This document shows positions 50,201-64,000 of a stretch of 64,000 bases of DNA, one piece after another. Numbering within the stretch: the stretch's first letter is position 1; every line of letters begins with the position of its first letter. Source of the stretch: Lingula anatina (lineage: Eukaryota; Animalia; Brachiopoda); NCBI GenBank assembly GCA_051362555.1, contig CM120640.1, forward strand, positions 8,308,001 to 8,372,000, read 5' to 3'. Both the position numbers and the translations under genes were made by a program. The notes under the pieces are model-generated. The model was not told the origin of the DNA. It made no database searches and saw nothing but the letters and a program-made list of their open reading frames with translations.

Positions 50201-50729
50201 AGTGAAAGAGACCATTCCCAGAGACTATCGTACTAACTTTGGATCCGAGGGGATTCTCGCGTAATTGCAATTAGCTTGGGTGGCTAGCTTAGATGTCTGT
50301 CACACCTGCTGAGGCTGATAGGGGGTAATTAATTATCGTTAAGCAGCTTTAGTGGGCATCACAGATGTTAAGCCGCTTGGGGTGAAAGCAATTTAGTGAG
50401 GAACCCATGTTAGATCGATCTAGGGATGGGAACCCAGTCAAAGATGTTGTGCATATGCTCAATTTCAGTGCCTCATGTGGCAACTCTGGCTGTATCTTCC
50501 ACAGGATGGTGAGAGCAGCATGGTAACAGCCAGTCTGAATCAGGGTAAAAAAATGTGACAAGCATATTGTTATAAATGTAAACCACACTGAGATGAAGTT
50601 CGTAAGTCCAGAGGTGCACTGCTTTAAAACTTTTGTTTTGAAAGATATGTTTGAAATACAGTAGGCTTTACTTTTTCAAGTACTTTCATGATATCATAAT
50701 TTTTGTTCTGTCAAAACAAATCGTGCCTA

Positions 50730-53088
50730 AATAATTTCATATTGTATTTTATTGAAACTTGGACAGACTGGAAAGTGAGACATTCAGTTATTATATATAC
50801 ATCAACAGAGCTATATACAATACTATACAGAAAATGTACAAGTATAAATAATGAAAACAGAAATTTAACAAGAAGACAATGAAAAACAATTTTCAAAGAT
50901 GAAATATAGTAATATATATATATCTTTCTATATTTGAGACACATGCCCCTTTGAAAACATAAGATGAGGGTATGGAGAATTCCTTTAGATACACATCAAA
51001 ATATTAACAAAGTTAAGGACACACTGAAGCTTATATCTATATGGAAGTATTTGGCCTATGGGCTGCTGATAAATTCTCACATATTGTAAATACTTAACTA
51101 ACATGAATCTGCTCTTTAACATTAATAATCTTCATTTGATTCTTTTCTTCATAAATTATCTCCAAACTAACACAGTTTAAAATGCAGCATAAAAGTGCTA
51201 TATTAAACAAAACAAAACAAAAAACAACTATAATAAAAAAATGCTTAGCTTAAAATAGAGAAATAATGAACTACATCATGACCTATTGAAGAGTGCTTAA
51301 TAAGTGGTATTTGCTGGGGTACATATGACAGAAAGACTACAGGTTTTATATTAGAACATACATATGCTCATTTTCATACTTGAACATTTGATATGTAAAA
51401 TGTTTTTTTTGTTTTTTTTTTTTTTTGTTTTTGGAAAAGTTACAATTCCAATTAAACTATCCTATAGTGAGGTTTTGAGATTCATTTACTCAAACCATCT
51501 TACAAGACCTTAATAACCACAATCTGCCTTGAAAACAATTACTTTTAACAAAAAAAGGGGCATAACTGTTGATTGTCTAAAGCAAGGTGATGGTCAAGGT
51601 AACTACCTGTTACAATGGTCACCCTGAGCTTAATAACCATGGATTAATACAGCATAAGCAGTGATTTCAAGAGACTAGTGAGTACCAAACTAACAATGCT
51701 TCTAGGTAACACACATGGTACCTAGACAGCCAATATTACCAGTGATGATGTATATTAACTTAACTACATTTTTTGCCAACAAACTGAAGGAGTCAATATG
51801 TAACAAGGAATGAAAAAAATTAACTGAAAGAACACCCAGTGTTTCTTCAGAAAAACAGATTGAACTAAACACCCTTACTGGGTGAAAACATCCCATTAAA
51901 AACCTCCATTAAAGGAGATATTCGCACAACTATTTATATTTACATTAAATAACCCACATTTTATAATTATTTGGAGAACAAAACCCTTACTTTCTTTACC
52001 ATATAAATAAGAGAGAGCCTAGTCTAATATCTGTCTTTTACAGGAAAAACATTATGTACTTTAGCACACACTGACTGATAAACAGGACTAGCCTATAAAT
52101 TTGACAATTCAAATGAATAACGATACCTTCAAAATGTTTATCAATAATTGTAAGAAGCTGAAACTAACAAATCCCAAGAAATGTTACAAGGCCCTTATTG
52201 GAATTTTTTGGGGAAAAAGAATGTTTTCCATTTTCGTGTTTGATATTATAATATATTAGGTAAAAATTAGTGATATGCTCTTACAAAAGACCAGAGGGCT
52301 AAGATTATGTCAACAACAGAATCATGTAATTGCAGCTTAATGCAATCACCTGTCAAAGTACTATCAAGCTGTCCATTAATAATTTTTATTTACATTTATG
52401 AAATAATTATGAAATAATTATCCCGGAAAACCTAATTCACTGAGACCAATGAAAGGCTTGGAGTTGTGCTGCCATACCTAAAATCCACACAAGGTATTAG
52501 GAAACAAGCAAATATTATGCTGACCTTTCTTACCTACTGTCAATATATATCTGAAGACTTCATCACAATAATATGCCTCTTTAGTAATATCTGTTAATAG
52601 TAAAGGACACAGGAGGTAAGGATACAGAGAAAAAAGAGAAGATGTAATGTACATGAAACAGCCATTTAAATGCTTGAGATTTACCTGTAAATCAGTTCAA
52701 CTGCTGTGCCACCTGATATTTATAGTATATACTTCTAAGAGGTTTTGGCACAAAACTATGCAGGGCTTTCTGTTATATATTTTTTGTCTCGAGTCCTTAT
52801 CTCTGTATATACCATTATATATCAATCATGAGTATACACTTGACACCCAAAGTAGTGATTACTGAATTTTAGTAATTTACAACATCCCCGCATTTCTACC
52901 ATTGACATTTTCTTCCATATTTTTGCATTCCATCAAGCACACATTGCACAGGAGTACCTTGGATACATTCCAAAAATACTTCCGGACAACATGTCTACCT
53001 CACTGACTCCTTTTCTTATAGACTTCTATGATGACAAACCTACACATGAAGCCACTCCCTTAGCTCTAGTCCTCCAATCATACTGAAC
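50730..53088 (-). other. Probable long (~2.3 kb) 3' UTR of PDE4
   Basis: Non-coding and U-rich on the - strand below the PDE4 stop; AATAAA on - at about 50748-50753. The end point is inferred. Confidence 0.4.
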
Positions 53089-59926
<6,838 letters not shown>

Positions 59927-62900
59927 CTGAAAATAAATAATACTCATTTGAAACTGTATGAAGATACAGATCATGGGTTAGTTTTTCATATTTTGTAGGT
60001 AACTATATCAGTGGACTGATGAGATCAAACTCTAATGCCTATTATAAACAAAACTTTCCTCTGTAATGACTATTGATGAAATGAAGGAGGAAAACAATTT
60101 GCTGTACATATTTAAATATACAAATAAAGTTCAGTTAATATGCCATATCCCAAGTGCTCTACAACATTTACACAGTGCCAAACAGAATAACACACAGTAA
60201 GACTTTCTCATTAACTAACACACAATGCCATAATGAAAAGAAGTTCTGATATATCTTGAGGTTTGCTGAAATCTGTCAAAAGACAGAATATAATACCCTC
60301 CTGCACACTGTCAATATCCATATATCATCATACAACTTACAATTCCTTTTGCTTCTATCTCAAACATCAAAAGTCTGATGCTCTTCAAAGATCAATCAAG
60401 TTTAGATACATGCAACTCAAATGCAGCAGCAACATGTCTATACACCTACCTAAAGTGCACGGCTGGTGTCACAGCCAGTGTCTCTACTATTAACCACATC
60501 ACGATATACCACTAGTCTAGATCAATCTCCACATATGGGATATATATCCTAACTGCTTTGATGACTTTCCAATACAGAAAGAAAACACATGCACATACTT
60601 CATGCCTCACTCTCAAAATGCACCTGCAGTTCAGGTAGACTTTCTTTTAACAAGGTGTAATTGACAAGAATGGAAGACTATCAGGACACCGGAAACTGAC
60701 TTGAGATAAAAGATAAGAAGTCAACCACAACAATTGAGCGGTAAACCTATGATTTACCTGATTAGGGTCAGAAGTGAAGGCTAATGGGAAATTCAAATGC
60801 TACATACTCATTGCATCAGATGAACAATAGATGGCATGGCGTGTGGGTGTATTTGGTTTTATAATCACTGGTATATCTATGATATATCAAGAAGCAGGGC
60901 TGACGCAGTGCCCATCAACACACACCCTGCTTTGCAATACAAATAAGGTACAGATGAAGGCTTTTACATCAATTATATTTAAATATTTGCCTTTTCTTTA
61001 AGTGTAAATCACCAAAATATTGAGCATACCAACCCTGATAAAAAGAAAACTACAAAAATGTCACAGTGATGTTATTTATATTGAAAAAGCTCACATCTCT
61101 TTACACTCAGTCTTTTACAGACAAGTTACGAGGCTTGCCAGAAACAGGACTTATACAGCGAACTCACAATGCATTTCTACTGCTATGCAATATTCCCAAT
61201 GCTTCAATATGTATGTAAACCTTCCTAACATCAATCACTTCCTAATTTTGCATGTCTTATTTCATTGAAATAATCCAGGACCTGGACTTCTAAAACAGTT
61301 CAATGATTTCCTTGTTTTTAATTATTTTTATGTCAGTCAATCCATGGCAAAATTAATCACTGCAAATATAATGGATGTTGAAGTGACAGCAAGAGATTCT
61401 TGTTCTCTCAGAGGAGGAAACTCAATACATAATTTAAGTCATTTCTTTAGCCTAGAACAGGATAGTGCCACTGCACAGATCACAGTAGTATGGGCCATGG
61501 CAGGGTAACACAGAGGCAGTTACGCAGAACTGAGGCAAAAATATACTTAAAGAAATGTAATTACAGTCTCCCTGTTGACACACTGTAAAGGTCCCCGTGA
61601 TCAAGTTGATTAAGATTTAGAGAAGTTTTTTTTCTTAATCTAACCATAAAGAGCCTTGTAATGTGCTCTCATGAAAAAAGTTATTTGCAGTAAAGTTTGA
61701 ACTTTGCCTGTGTTATCTTCAACATTATTGCACTTTTTAAAATTAGTTCCTTTCACAATATCAGTCAGAAAGACAGTTGCATAATATTCAATCCTCTCCT
61801 TTCAAAATGCAACCTCATTCTATCTGGATCCCTTTTCCGAGTATCTTTTGAGTAATTTTCAAGTACAAATTCAGAAACCAGGGTTATTTATTTAGAAGAG
61901 CCATCCTGTTCATCTTATCATTATCATCACCAAGTTCCATCAATGGTAATTGTATTCCAATCCTACTGCTCAGCTGCCAGCCAGCCAGAAATCAATAGAG
62001 AACAAATACATTTCAATACTGCAGTTTTCCCGAATATTGACTGAAAGAATTGGAGCAGAATGAGTTGGCCATGGTTTTTCCAATGTTTTCATACTTTCAT
62101 AAGTTATCTGCCCAACATTGCTCCAGAGAACTGTCTTTTTGATGAAACGTATTGGTGAAAAATTTACAAAAAAAACAAAAAAAAAACAAAAAAAAAAAAA
62201 ACAAATGACCTTGATATGATATTCATATAATTGTGATCTACCACCCTTATTCAGTAGCAACTTGAACTCGGTTTCCATTACAGCAAATATTGATAAAGCT
62301 AACTGAAAAAATCCAATATTTCAGGGCCCTTGAGCTCTTTTTGTTCTTTTAATCATTCCTGCTTTGAAATTGTTGCTGGTTCAGAGATCTCCAACACGAA
62401 AAAGCTCAGCCCAATTTTTTTTTCACTTCAAAATCCATGGCAGTGTCCTCTTTTGATGGCAACTTGATCTGAAGTTGGATGGACTTGAATGTTGCTCTGA
62501 TGATTGGGGGCCTGATGACATTTTACTTTCTGAATGATTTTTCCTCTCTATAAAATACCATGGTAGTCCCTGGTGTCTACATGAAGATACTCAGCAGACA
62601 ATATGCCATACCCTGGTTTCAGATAATCTACTTGGTCATGGAAAGCTGGGAGATATATCACAAATCAAGGTATAATCAAAATGGAGAAAAAAAAAACATA
62701 GGCCAAATGCAGGGTTAATTTTCCTACTTTTTAGATTTTGAAATTTGCCAAAAAATTGGATTTATTGTTTGTTCTGCTGTTAACAGATCTAGAAGAATAA
62801 TAGCTGAAAACAGGTCTGTAGGTGCACCTGTCCTGAGAAAAACAACGATATATTGCTGTTGTAACTAAATGTTCTCAATGTTTCGATTCCTGTTTGATAA

Positions 62901-64000
62901 ACTAGATAGATACACTGATCCAACTTAAACCAACCAATGAAAGGTTTACAGGTGAAACCCTTCATGAATTAATGAACCTTCATAAATGAAATCTGAAAAA
63001 TGCATTGTATAGGTGACACTCTGTCACAAACTTTTGATGCTTAAAAAATACTTTCTCTCATTTTTTGGGAATTCACCATTCTCTTACCTTGGTAAATAGC
63101 TGAGAGTTATTTTTTTCTGAAAAAGTGTATCTAGTATAGCACCTATAGACAAATTTTAATTCAGTGCAAAGCTTTTCCAGCCAAAAGGAAAGTCAAAGTG
63201 ACCCCCCTTCTTGCTTTCTGGCCTGGTCTGCCTTGACAAGTTGTTAATAAATGCCATTTGAAATATATCTTCATGTTAAATGTCCATGTTATATTCTTTA
63301 TGATACTCAATAAGTCATTATGATGACTGAAAAAATGACAGACCGGGTCAACAAATTTGTCAACTCCAATTCAGCAGACTAGATGTCCCCTGATAGCAGA
63401 CTAATGAGGAAGAATAATACACATCAGAACATGTGACATGGCAAGTTTGGCTTACAAACAAGTGCCATGGTATTTACATGGCGTCAACTCCTGATATAAG
63501 GTCCACATTCAGATGTGGATGACTGATGTCCACAAACAGGGGAAACCATGAAGAAAATTACACATATTTCATATTAATTTTCATTGTATTTTTCTACATT
63601 TTGTCGAAAAAAAAAATTTGTACTTAAAATTCATGTGGTTAAATAAGCTCAAATATCTTTACTTTTGTTTGGTTTTTGGCTAGTATTATTTTAAAAAATT
63701 GCAAACTCGTTTAAATAATGCAAATATGTTAATTTTACATAATGGGGTAATTTTTCTTTTGAAAATTGTCTTAAAGGTAATGACCTTGGCACTTGCGAAC
63801 TTAGCCAAATTAGTCTTTTTTATATAACCAAATTTATGAAATCTAATTTATTTAATGCAAAGAGAGTAATTTGAATCTACACCTAGAATTTTTAAAGAAG
63901 TATTTTCATCACCTAATTTGACCCTGCAAAACATGAAGTGGCATTACAGGTGGTAATACTACAAAGTATGTCTTGATGTTTTGATATCTCAAGTATTCCT

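Noticed and set aside
61700-62640. Coding-like stretch on the - strand including the 102-aa ORF 61970-62278
   Set aside because: No recognisable domain or consistent splice sites, and interrupted by a T-rich tract. It may be a decayed transposon but I cannot support a call.

Overview
AT-rich, intron-containing animal genomic DNA. The gene and repeat content suggests an invertebrate bilaterian, possibly a mollusc (inference only). In order: the first three coding exons of a p24/TMED gene (- strand, runs off the left edge), head-to-head with a 15-exon BRD10/KIAA2026 bromodomain gene (+); a convergent single-exon Toll-like receptor (-); a tandem segmental duplication (about 17860-35189 and 35235-49730), each unit carrying an 18-exon FAAH-like amidase gene; and the 3' part of a PDE4 cAMP phosphodiesterase (-, runs off the right edge). 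FAAH copy 1 looks pseudogenised: it has two frameshifts, an ORF2-only L1/Tx1 LINE inserted in sense with a 15-bp TSD, and private MITEs. FAAH copy 2 is intact but has a 2.34-kb internal duplication that doubles exon 2 and brackets the second copy with complementary arms of a Tc1-derived foldback element. I found no clearly new biological system. The most interesting signals are this exon-2 and foldback arrangement, the foldback built from two transposase 3' halves, and the paralog pair that supplies empty sites for the insertions. All exon structures were read by eye from splice signals and reading frame and have no transcript support.
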